Source of the DNA: Streptosporangiaceae bacterium | GTDB lineage: Bacteria; Actinomycetota; Actinomycetes; Streptosporangiales; Streptosporangiaceae | Reading direction: 5' to 3' | Assembly (NCBI GenBank): GCA_036267555.1 | Contig: DATAVV010000383.1 | Span: forward strand, 5,443 to 69,442 | DNA: 64,000 bases | Shown: positions 1-7,759 of the stretch, in pieces | How positions within the stretch are numbered: the first letter of the stretch is position 1 | Layout of the letters: each line of letters opens with the position of its first letter | Made by a program: the position numbers and the translations under genes | Notes under the pieces: generated by a model | What the model saw: the letters and a program-made list of their open reading frames with translations, nothing else | Told to the model about the DNA's origin: nothing | The model's database searches: none

Positions 1-1
1 C

Positions 2-3000
2 GGGTTCGTCTCGGGAGATCAGCTGTTCGTGACGGGCCGGGTCAAAGACCTGATCATCGTGCGGGGACGCAACCACTACCCGCATGACATCGAAGCCACC
101 GCGGAGCGAAGCAGCCCGATGATGCGCCCCGGCTGCGGGGCGGCGTTCACCGTCGCGGACGATGACCAGGAGCGCCTGGTCATCGCGCACGAGGTCGCCC
201 GGGGGGTCGACCAGGTGAACGCCGGTGAAGTGGCCGGAGCGATCCGGGCTGCGGTGGCTGAGGAACACGGAGTCCGCGTCGATACCGTGGTCCTGCTGCC
301 GCCGGGCACGATCCCGAAGACCTCGAGCGGCAAGATCCAGCGCCACCAGTGCCTGGCCATGTTCGAAGCCGGAACCCTCACGCCGCTGGCCCGCGACGAC
401 GACGACGGCGGCGCCGGCGCCCGGGACGGGCGGCGCGCCCTGGACAAATCGCGGCTGCTCGCCGCGCCCGCCGCGCAGCGCCCCGGGCTCGTGCGGGACT
501 ACCTGTGCGATCTCGCCGCCGCGGAGTGCGGCATCGACGCGGACACCATCGCCACGGACGCGCCTCTGTTCGCCCTCGGCATCGACTCGCTCGCCATAAC
601 CGGCATCCAGCACTCGATCGAGACGGATTTGGGCGTGCGGGTGACTTTGTCGTACCTGGCCGACGCGGTCAGCCTCACTGGCCTGGCTGCCCGGCTGGGA
701 GAACAGGTCGAGGCGGACGGCATGTCGCCAGCGACCCAGATCCCGGTCTCCCCGGGGCAGCGCTCACTATGGTTCCTCCACGAGCTGGAACCCGGCAGCG
801 CCGCCCACACCATCGCGGTGGCCATGCGGTTGCGCGGCGAGCTGGACGTCGCCGCGCTGCAGAGCGCACTCGACGCGCTGGTCCGGCGGCACGCGTCACT
901 GCGCGCGACCTTCCCGGCCGTTGACGGCGCACCAGTCCAGCGGATCGCGGCCACGGCTCGGGCGCTGCTACGCCAGCACGACGCCCGGGATCTCGTCGAG
1001 GCGGCGCTCACCGAGCGGCTTGAGCAGGCCGCCCGCGAGCCGTTCGACCTGGCCCGCGGACCGCTGCTGCGCATCGACCTCTACCGCGCGGCACCGGGCG
1101 AGACGGTCGTCCTGGTGGCGGCCCACCACATCATCACGGACTTCTGGTCGATGACCGTACTCGTCCGCGAGCTCGAGGCGCTGTACGCCGAGCGGACCGG
1201 CGGTGCGCCCGCGCGGCTGCCGGAGCCGGCAGCGACCTACGCCGACTTCGTCGCCTGGCAGCAGCGAACGCTCGGAGAGGAGGCGGGCCAGCGCCTTGGC
1301 CATTACTGGCACGAGCAGTTGCAGGGCGCCGCGCCGCGGTTGCGGCTGCCGGGGCAGGTCACCGCGAGCGAGCCGCCCCCGGCCGCCGGGTCCGCGCCTG
1401 ACCCCGGCGGCCGGGACGCCGCGGCCATCTGTCGGCTGCGATTCGGGGAGTCGCTGCTGGGCCGCCTCAAGGAGCGGGCCCGCTCCGAAAGCGTCACCCT
1501 GCCCATGCTCATGCTCACGGCATTCCAGCTGCTGCTGCACCGCTACACGGGGCAGGACGATCTGAGCGTCGGCATGCCCGCGGCGGGGCGCGGGCGGCCC
1601 GAGTTCGAGGCCGTCGTCGGCTACTGCATGAACCCGGTCGTGATCCGCAGCACGCTGCGCGGCGGCGAGCCCGTGCGCGCGGCCCTGCGGCAGACGAGGA
1701 CGCGCGTCATCGGCGCCCTGGAACACCAGGAATACCCGCTGCCGCTCGTCGCCGCGGACCGCGGCGCACGTGAGCTGTTCCAGGCGATGTTCGTGTTCAA
1801 CCGGCCGCCGACCCCGGGCGAGGGCACGCTCGCGCTGCTGATGATGGGCCAGCCGGGACTGCGCCGCGGGTTCGGCGGCCTCCAAGCCGAGGCTGTGCCG
1901 CTGGACATAGGCGCCGCCGCGCACGATCTGGAACTTACCGTGGCCGAGGTCGACAACGCGCTGCTCGGCTCGTTCCGCTACCACCCCGAGGTGCTGGACC
2001 AGGCGACCGCCGCCCAGATGATGCGCCATCTCGAGGCCATCGCCGAAGCCATCGCGGAGAACGCCGCGCAGCCTGCGGATTCCGTTCCGATGCTGCGAGA
2101 CGACGAACGCCGGCGCATCGTCGCCGGGTGGCAGGCCACGGCGCGGGACTATGACGTCGGGGCCAACGTGGCCGGGCTTTTCGAGCGACAGGCGGACGCC
2201 GCCCCGGACGCGATCGCGGTCGAGGGGGAGTCCTCGCGGGTCACCTACGGGGAGCTGAACGAAAACGCCAACCGGATCGCCCACTTCCTGCGCCGCCGGG
2301 GCGTCAGGGCCGGCGCCCGCGTGGGCGTGTACGTCGACCGCTCACCCAGGATGGTCGCGGCCCTCATGGGCGTACTCAGGGCGGGCGCCGCCTACGTTCC
2401 TGTCGATCCGGCGCACCCGCGCGACCGGGTCGCGGCGATGTTCGCCGACGCGGGCGTGACGATCGTGCTGAGCCAGGCGGCGCTGGCCTCCCGGCTGCCG
2501 GGTGAGATCGAGGCGGTGCTGCTCGACGACGGCTGGGCGGCCCTCATGGCGCATCCGGAGGACAACCCGGGCCTGGCCACGCCCGCGGACGGCGCGGCCT
2601 ACGTGATCTACACCTCTGGCTCGACCGGCACCCCCAAGGGCGTGCAAGTGGGACACCGCTCCCTGACCAACTACACGCTGTCCGCCGTCGCGCAGTTCGG
2701 CCTCGCCCCGGGCGACCGGGTCCTCCAGTTCGCCTCGGTCGGCTTCGACGCCAGCGCCGAGGAGATCTACCCTGCCCTGGCCTCTGGCGCGACGGTGGTG
2801 CTGCGCAACGACTGGATGCTGAGTTCCGCGCAGACCTTCCTGGCCACGTGCGCCCAGTGGCGCATCAACGTGCTCGACCTGCCGACCGCGTACTGGCACG
2901 AACTGGTCACCGGCATCGCAGGCGGCCAGGCCGCGGTCCCGGCCAGCCTGCGCCTGGTCATCATCGGCGGCGAGCGTGCCTGGCCCCGGCAGTTGCGCGC

Positions 3001-5437
3001 GTGGCGAAAGCACGTCGGCGACTCCGTCCGCCTGGTCAACACCTACGGGCCCACGGAAGCGACGATCGTCGCGACCACGGGCGAACTGACCGGGATCCCG
3101 GCCGGCGGTGACGTGCCCATCGGCCGGCCCGTGGCCAACGTCACGGCCTACGTGCTCGACCCGGCGGGGGAGCCAGCCCCGCCGGGCGCCGCCGGGGAGC
3201 TCTACCTGGGCGGGGCCGGGATCGCGTACGGCTACCTGAATCGACCGGACCTGACCAGCACGCGCTTCGTGCCCGATCCGTTCCGGGGCGGCGGCTCCCG
3301 GATGTACCGTACCGGCGACCTCGCGTGCTATCTGCAGGACGGGAACCTCGTGTTCCTCGGGCGCGCCGACCGTCAGATCAAGCTGCGCGGCTACCGGGTT
3401 GAGCCCGGGGAGATCGAAGGCATCTTGCGCCAGCTTCCCGGGGTGGCTGACGCCCTGGTCACCCAGCACGGCGCGGCCGGTCAGCTCGTCGGGTACCTGG
3501 TCACCAACGGCGACGGCGCACCGGACCCGGCGCGGTTGCGCGGTGCGCTGCGGGAGAAGCTGCCCGGCTACATGGTGCCGTCCTCGTTCGTCGCGGTCGG
3601 GTCCTTCCCGCGCACGCCCAACGGCAAGGTCGACCTGGACGCCTTGCCGCCGCCGCGGCTCAGCGCGCCCGAGCCCACGGCGCCGCGGACCCCGGCCGAG
3701 GAATTCCTGGTCCGGACGTTCACCGACGTGCTCGGGCTGCCCGCCGTCGGGGTTCATGACGATTTCTTCGACCGCGGCGGTACTTCGCTGCTGGCCGCCC
3801 GGGTGGTCGCTCGCATCCGGGAGCACTTCTCGGTGGACGTTCCGCTCCGGTCGATCTTCGAGTGCGCGACCCCCGCCGCGCTGGCGGAACTGGTCGGCTC
3901 GGCGCCACCGGGCACGGCCGGGCCGCAGCTTCCCCCGATCCGCGGGGTGCCGCGGGACCAGCCGCTGCCGTTGTCATTCGTGCAAGAGCAGGTCTGGTTC
4001 CTGCAGCGGCTGGCCCCGGAATCCACCGCGTACAACGTGCCCCGGGCCCTGCGCGTCCGCGGCGAGTTCGACCAGGAGAAGGTCGCCCTGGCCTTCGCGG
4101 CGCTCGAAAGGCGCCACGAGATTCTCCGCACGACATTCCCTGACCACGGCGGCCAGCCCGTGCAAGTCATTCATCCGCCCCGCGGGATCCCGGTTCAGGC
4201 GGTTGACCTGGAATGCGTGCCCGAGGGCGAGCGGGACGACCGCATCAGGCAGTTCATCCTCGACCGCGGCCAGGAGCCCTTCGACCTGGCGACCGGCCCG
4301 CTCATCCGGCTGGCCCTGCTCCGGCTGGGACCGGCGGATCACGTACTGATCATGGTTGAGCACCATCTCGTTCATGACGGCTGGGCACAGGGTGTCCTGC
4401 TGCGGGACTTCCTCGAGCTGTACCAGGCCCAGGTCCTGCGGCGCCCGGCGAAGCTTCCCGAGCTGGCCGTTCAGTATGCCGACTACGCGGCTTGGCAACG
4501 TGAGAACCTGCGCGGCGAGCAACTCGACGCTCTGCTGGACTTCTGGACGGCGGAGCTGGAAGGAGCACCGCCGGTACTGACCCTGCCGACGGACCGGGCT
4601 CGCCCACAGACCCTGACCTTCGAGGGCCAGCAAGAGTCGCTGGTGATCGAGGGCGAATTCACCACCGCACTGCGCAGCTTCGGCCAGGAGCGCCGGGCGA
4701 CGCTCTTCATGACCATGCTCACCGGGTTCTCCGTTCTCCTGCACCGCTATGCCGCCCAGGCGGACATGGTGGTCGGAGTGGGCATCGCCAACCGCCAGCG
4801 GCCTGAGGCCGAGAACCTGCTGGGAATGATGATCAATACAGTGCTGGTGCGGGTCGACGCGTCAGGCACCCCGAGTTTCGAGGAGCTGCTCGGACGCGTC
4901 CGGGAGAGATGCCTGCAGGCCTACGCGCATCAGGACATGCCGTTCTCGAAGCTGGTCGAGCGGCTTGCCCCCCGGCGCAGCCTCAGCCGCATGCCGCTAT
5001 GCCAGGTGCTGTTCAGCTTCCTGGACACGCCCATGCCGGCCCTGCAGATACCGGGCCTGAGCTTCGAGGTCATCGAGGCGCACAACCGCAGCGCCAAATT
5101 CGATCTCAATGTGGTCGTGGTGCCGGGGGCGCTGCCGGGGGGCGGCCAGCCACAGCAGCGGCTGGACGGCGCGATCACCGTGCTCATGGAGTACAACGCC
5201 GACGTCTTCGAAGCCGAGACCGTGCGGCGAATGCTCGGCGACCTGCGGACCATCTTCACCACGGCGATCGCGCAGCCGCAGCGGCCCGTTGGCGACTTCC
5301 TCCCGGACCTCGTGCGGCCCTCGGCCGTGGCGCAGGACCAGGTGTCGGCCGTGGCCGAGCCGGCGCCGGACGGCGGCGGGGCGCCCAGGAAACTCGCAAG
5401 CTCCGGATCGAGCCGAGTGGGCAGCTGGTGGTCGTGA
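2..5437 (+). CDS. Non-ribosomal peptide synthetase (5' end outside window): FAAL C-terminal part-ACP-C-A-T-C
   Basis: The frame is open from nt 2. LFVTGRVKDLIIVRGRNHYP and KTSSGKIQRHQC are adenylate-forming A8/A10 cores of fatty-acyl-AMP-ligase type. The carrier Ser lies in LGIDSL. C-domain His motifs are HHIITDFWS and HHLVHDGWA. A-domain cores are YVIYTSGSTGTPKGV, NTYGPTE, YRTGDL, GRADRQIKLRGYRVEPGEIE and PNGKVD. The second carrier is FFDRGGTSLL. Stop TGA is at 5435-5437. Confidence 0.93.
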   Translation, partial: GFVSGDQLFVTGRVKDLIIVRGRNHYPHDIEATAERSSPMMRPGCGAAFTVADDDQERLVIAHEVARGVDQVNAGEVAGAIRAAVAEEHGVRVDTVVLLPPGTIPKTSSGKIQRHQCLAMFEAGTLTPLARDDDDGGAGARDGRRALDKSRLLAAPAAQRPGLVRDYLCDLAAAECGIDADTIATDAPLFALGIDSLAITGIQHSIETDLGVRVTLSYLADAVSLTGLAARLGEQVEADGMSPATQIPVSPGQRSLWFLHELEPGSAAHTIAVAMRLRGELDVAALQSALDALVRRHASLRATFPAVDGAPVQRIAATARALLRQHDARDLVEAALTERLEQAAREPFDLARGPLLRIDLYRAAPGETVVLVAAHHIITDFWSMTVLVRELEALYAERTGGAPARLPEPAATYADFVAWQQRTLGEEAGQRLGHYWHEQLQGAAPRLRLPGQVTASEPPPAAGSAPDPGGRDAAAICRLRFGESLLGRLKERARSESVTLPMLMLTAFQLLLHRYTGQDDLSVGMPAAGRGRPEFEAVVGYCMNPVVIRSTLRGGEPVRAALRQTRTRVIGALEHQEYPLPLVAADRGARELFQAMFVFNRPPTPGEGTLALLMMGQPGLRRGFGGLQAEAVPLDIGAAAHDLELTVAEVDNALLGSFRYHPEVLDQATAAQMMRHLEAIAEAIAENAAQPADSVPMLRDDERRRIVAGWQATARDYDVGANVAGLFERQADAAPDAIAVEGESSRVTYGELNENANRIAHFLRRRGVRAGARVGVYVDRSPRMVAALMGVLRAGAAYVPVDPAHPRDRVAAMFADAGVTIVLSQAALASRLPGEIEAVLLDDGWAALMAHPEDNPGLATPADGAAYVIYTSGSTGTPKGVQVGHRSLTNYTLSAVAQFGLAPGDRVLQFASVGFDASAEEIYPALASGATVVLRNDWMLSSAQTFLATCAQWRINVLDLPTAYWHELVTGIAGGQAAVPASLRLVIIGGERAWPRQLRAWRKHVGDSVRLVNTYGPTEATIVATTGELTGIPAGGDVPIGRPVANVTAYVLDPAGEPAPPGAAGELYLGGAGIAYGYLNRPDLTSTRFVPDPFRGGGSRMYRTGDLACYLQDGNLVFLGRADRQIKLRGYRVEPGEIEGILRQLPGVADALVTQHGAAGQLVGYLVTNGDGAPDPARLRGALREKLPGYMVPSSFVAVGSFPRTPNGKVDLDALPPPRLSAPEPTAPRTPAEEFLVRTFTDVLGLPAVGVHDDFFDRGGTSLLAARVVARIREHFSVDVPLRSIFECATPAALAELVGSAPPGTAGPQLPPIRGVPRDQPLPLSFVQEQVWFLQRLAPESTAYNVPRALRVRGEFDQEKVALAFAALERRHEILRTTFPDHGGQPVQVIHPPRGIPVQAVDLECVPEGERDDRIRQFILDRGQEPFDLATGPLIRLALLRLGPADHVLIMVEHHLVHDGWAQGVLLRDFLELYQAQVLRRPAKLPELAVQYADYAAWQRENLRGEQLDALLDFWTAELEGAPPVLTLPTDRARPQTLTFEGQQESLVIEGEFTTALRSFGQERRATLFMTMLTGFSVLLHRYAAQADMVVGVGIANRQRPEAENLLGMMINTVLVRVDASGTPSFEELLGRVRERCLQAYAHQDMPFSKLVERLAPRRSLSRMPLCQVLFSFLDTPMPALQIPGLSFEVIEAHNRSAKFDLNVVVVPGALPGGGQPQQRLDGAITVLMEYNADVFEAETVRRMLGDLRTIFTTAIAQPQRPVGDFLPDLVRPSAVAQDQVSAVAEPAPDGGGAPRKLASSGSSRVGSWWS
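476..703 (+). other. NRPS domain: acyl carrier (ACP/T1)
   Basis: The LFALGIDSLAITGIQ phosphopantetheine-Ser motif lies directly after the FAAL C-terminus. Boundaries are approximate. Confidence 0.75.
734..2068 (+). other. NRPS domain: condensation domain 1 (position of a lipo-initiation/starter C)
   Basis: SPGQRSLWFLHE C1 motif and HHIITDFWS C3 motif. The domain follows FAAL-ACP. Boundaries are approximate. Confidence 0.8.
2141..3643 (+). other. NRPS domain: adenylation domain (only A domain in the window)
   Basis: Cores A2 to A10 are recognisable: LRAGAAYVPVD, YTSGSTGTPKG, FDASAEE, NTYGPTE, GELYLGGAGIAYGYL, YRTGDL, GRADRQIKLRGYRVE, PNGKVD. Confidence 0.9.
3692..3898 (+). other. NRPS domain: peptidyl carrier (T2)
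   Basis: DDFFDRGGTSLLAARV motif. Confidence 0.85.
3941..5293 (+). other. NRPS domain: terminal condensation domain (no downstream A/T/TE in the same protein)
   Basis: LSFVQEQVWFLQRL C1 motif and MVEHHLVHDGWA C3 motif. A roughly 45-aa unstructured tail follows before the stop. Confidence 0.85.
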
Positions 5438-7752
5438 CCCGGGAAGACAGCCATCAGGTCGCACTGAGCGGCACCGCATGGGTCTTGTGGCGGGACGTCT
5501 GCGTGCGCAGCGCCGGTTTTCCGGTGCGGCGGGTACTCGCGCTGTGCGACGCCGACCTGGCGGATGCCGCGGACGAATACAGCCGCTCGGCTGACACGGC
5601 GTCGGCTGACACGGCCGCGGCCGTGACGTACCAGTCGGCCTACCAGGCGGCCGTCGCCCGGCTACCTGGCATTTTCGCGGACTTCGCGAGGGAGCCGCGA
5701 TTCCGGGAAGCGGTGATCTGGCAGAACCTGAACATGGCCGAGAACTGCCTCGACCGGCTGACGGCGCAGTCACGGCGCAACCGAAAGGGACGGCAGCGCG
5801 AAAACGCGGTCACCAGCTATGTCCAGCGGTATTGCCTGAAGAACGACTCCATCGGCTTCTTCGGGCCCGTGGGCTGGGCGTGCCTCACCGACGAAGACGA
5901 CGAGGCGGCCGTTATCCCGGGCGGTCAGCTGGTGGCCAGGAGAACGACCTACTTCGAGACGTGGGCCATCGACCAGATAGCCCGGGTGCTCGCCGAGCGT
6001 GACGATGTGTCCAGGTGGCTCCGGCCGCGCCGGGACCCGTCGACGCTGCTGGCGGGGAACCGCGTGCACAGCCTGCGGCGGCGCCCCGCGGCGCTGTCAC
6101 CCGAGCAGCTCCGCATGCTAATGCGCTGCGATGGCCGCCGGACGGTGAGCGAGCTGCTCGCCTCGCCCGAACCCGACCCCCGGACGGTGCTGGACGGCCT
6201 GCGGGATCTCGGCGCGGTGCGGATCGATCTCGCGGTCCCCGTCCAGACCTGGCCGGAACGGTGGCTGCGACGGCACCTCGAGGGCATCGGCGATCCCGCG
6301 GTCCGGGCTGAGGCGCTCCGCCCGCTGGACGATGTTGTCGCGGCCCGGGACGCGGTAGCGGCCGCCACGGGGGATCCCGACGCGCTGCGGGCCGCGATGT
6401 CGGCGCTCGCGCAGACCTTCGAGCGCGTCACGGGAAGGCCGCCGACCCGGCGGCCCGGTGAGACCTACGCGGCGCGCACGCTGGTCTATGAGGACACGGT
6501 CCGGGACCTGGAGGTGAGGCTGGGAAATACCATGATCAAGGCCCTGGCCGAGCCGCTGGGCCTGATGCTCGACAGCGCCCGCTGGCTGGTAACCGACATC
6601 ACTGAGCGGTACCGGGCGCTATTCCTGCGCTTGTTCGACGGCGAGTGCACGCGCACCGGGACCGGCCAGGTGCCGTTGTACCGCCTGCTGATGCTGGCCG
6701 CGAGCGAGATCTCCGCGCCATCGGCCCGCGGGCTCACCAAGGTCGTCTCCCAAGCTTTGCCGGAATTCCAGAAGCGCTGGCAGGCCGTGCTCCAGACCCC
6801 CCAGGACGGGCGTCCGCGGCACTCGGCCCGGTGCGCCGACATCGCCGAGAGGGTCGGCGCGCTGTTCCCGGCCCGGCCGGTGTCCTGGAGCTGCGCTTCG
6901 CAGTATTCGCCGGACATCATGATCGCCGCGACGTCGGCGGACGCGCTGGGCCAGGGCAACTTCCTGCTGGTACTCGGCGAGCTTCACCTGGCGGTCAACA
7001 CCCTGGAAAGCAGGTGCGCTGTCGAGCAGCACGCGGACCCGGCCCGGCTGCTGGACATGGTCGCCGCCGATCACGGCGCCAGGCGGATCGTCGCCGTTCC
7101 CGACCGGAATTCGCCCTTCGTCACGACGCGGGTGACGCCGCCGACGGCGCTGTTGTCGCCCGGCTTCACCTACCTGGCCAACGAGAACGGATCGTTCGAG
7201 CCACCCGAATCGGCTCAGGTGCTCCCGGCTGGAGGCATGTCCGTCAGACGCGACGGTGAAGACCTGGTCGTGCGGTCCGGTGCCTCGGGCCGGGCGTTCT
7301 CCTTCCTCGAACTCATCGGGGATCTCATGACCGCGGTGGTGGCCAACGCGTTCCGCCCCATGGCCCCGGCGCCGCATCAGCCTCGCGTCACGATCGACAA
7401 GCTCGTCTTCAGCCGGGAAGCCTGGACGTTCTCGGTCTCCGACTCACCATGGGTACTGGTCAAGGACGAGGCGCAGCGATATGCGCTGGCCCGGCAGTGG
7501 CGCACGGCAAACCGGCTCCCCGAGCGCATCTTCTACAAGGTCCCGTCCGAAGACAAGCCGGTAGCGGCCGACTTCCGGAGCCTGCCGCTCGTCAACCTGC
7601 TGGCCAGGAATGTGCGACACAGCCGGGACGCCGGGTTTGACACGTTCGGCGTCACCGAGATGCTGCCGGACATCGACCGGCTCTGGCTGCCCGACGCAGC
7701 GGACGAGCGGTACACCTGCGAGCTGAGATTCGTCGCGACGTCATGCGAATGA
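5434..7752 (+). CDS. Lantibiotic-dehydratase-N (LanB glutamylation domain)-like protein, small-LanB/PEARL-like size (772 aa)
   Basis: GTG 5434 overlaps the NRPS stop (GTGA). WVLWRDVCVRSAGFPV and YVQRYCLKNDSIGFFGPVGWA resemble, from memory, actinomycete proteins annotated as lantibiotic dehydratase (Lant_dehydr_N). No elimination (SpaB_C-like) domain is recognisable. The family call is by eye only. Confidence 0.55.
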   Translation: MTREDSHQVALSGTAWVLWRDVCVRSAGFPVRRVLALCDADLADAADEYSRSADTASADTAAAVTYQSAYQAAVARLPGIFADFAREPRFREAVIWQNLNMAENCLDRLTAQSRRNRKGRQRENAVTSYVQRYCLKNDSIGFFGPVGWACLTDEDDEAAVIPGGQLVARRTTYFETWAIDQIARVLAERDDVSRWLRPRRDPSTLLAGNRVHSLRRRPAALSPEQLRMLMRCDGRRTVSELLASPEPDPRTVLDGLRDLGAVRIDLAVPVQTWPERWLRRHLEGIGDPAVRAEALRPLDDVVAARDAVAAATGDPDALRAAMSALAQTFERVTGRPPTRRPGETYAARTLVYEDTVRDLEVRLGNTMIKALAEPLGLMLDSARWLVTDITERYRALFLRLFDGECTRTGTGQVPLYRLLMLAASEISAPSARGLTKVVSQALPEFQKRWQAVLQTPQDGRPRHSARCADIAERVGALFPARPVSWSCASQYSPDIMIAATSADALGQGNFLLVLGELHLAVNTLESRCAVEQHADPARLLDMVAADHGARRIVAVPDRNSPFVTTRVTPPTALLSPGFTYLANENGSFEPPESAQVLPAGGMSVRRDGEDLVVRSGASGRAFSFLELIGDLMTAVVANAFRPMAPAPHQPRVTIDKLVFSREAWTFSVSDSPWVLVKDEAQRYALARQWRTANRLPERIFYKVPSEDKPVAADFRSLPLVNLLARNVRHSRDAGFDTFGVTEMLPDIDRLWLPDAADERYTCELRFVATSCE

Positions 7753-7759
7753 GGTAGCC

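Noticed and set aside
968-3826. 438-aa and 494-aa minus-strand ORFs inside the NRPS
   Set aside because: These are antisense shadow ORFs. The plus strand carries the canonical NRPS core motifs.
4909-5433. Upstream 175 codons of the 947-aa ORF (4909..7752), which would overlap the NRPS
   Set aside because: This part lies out of frame inside the well-supported NRPS terminal C domain and is A/G/R/P-rich. A GTG at 5434 overlapping the NRPS stop gives a clean coupled start.
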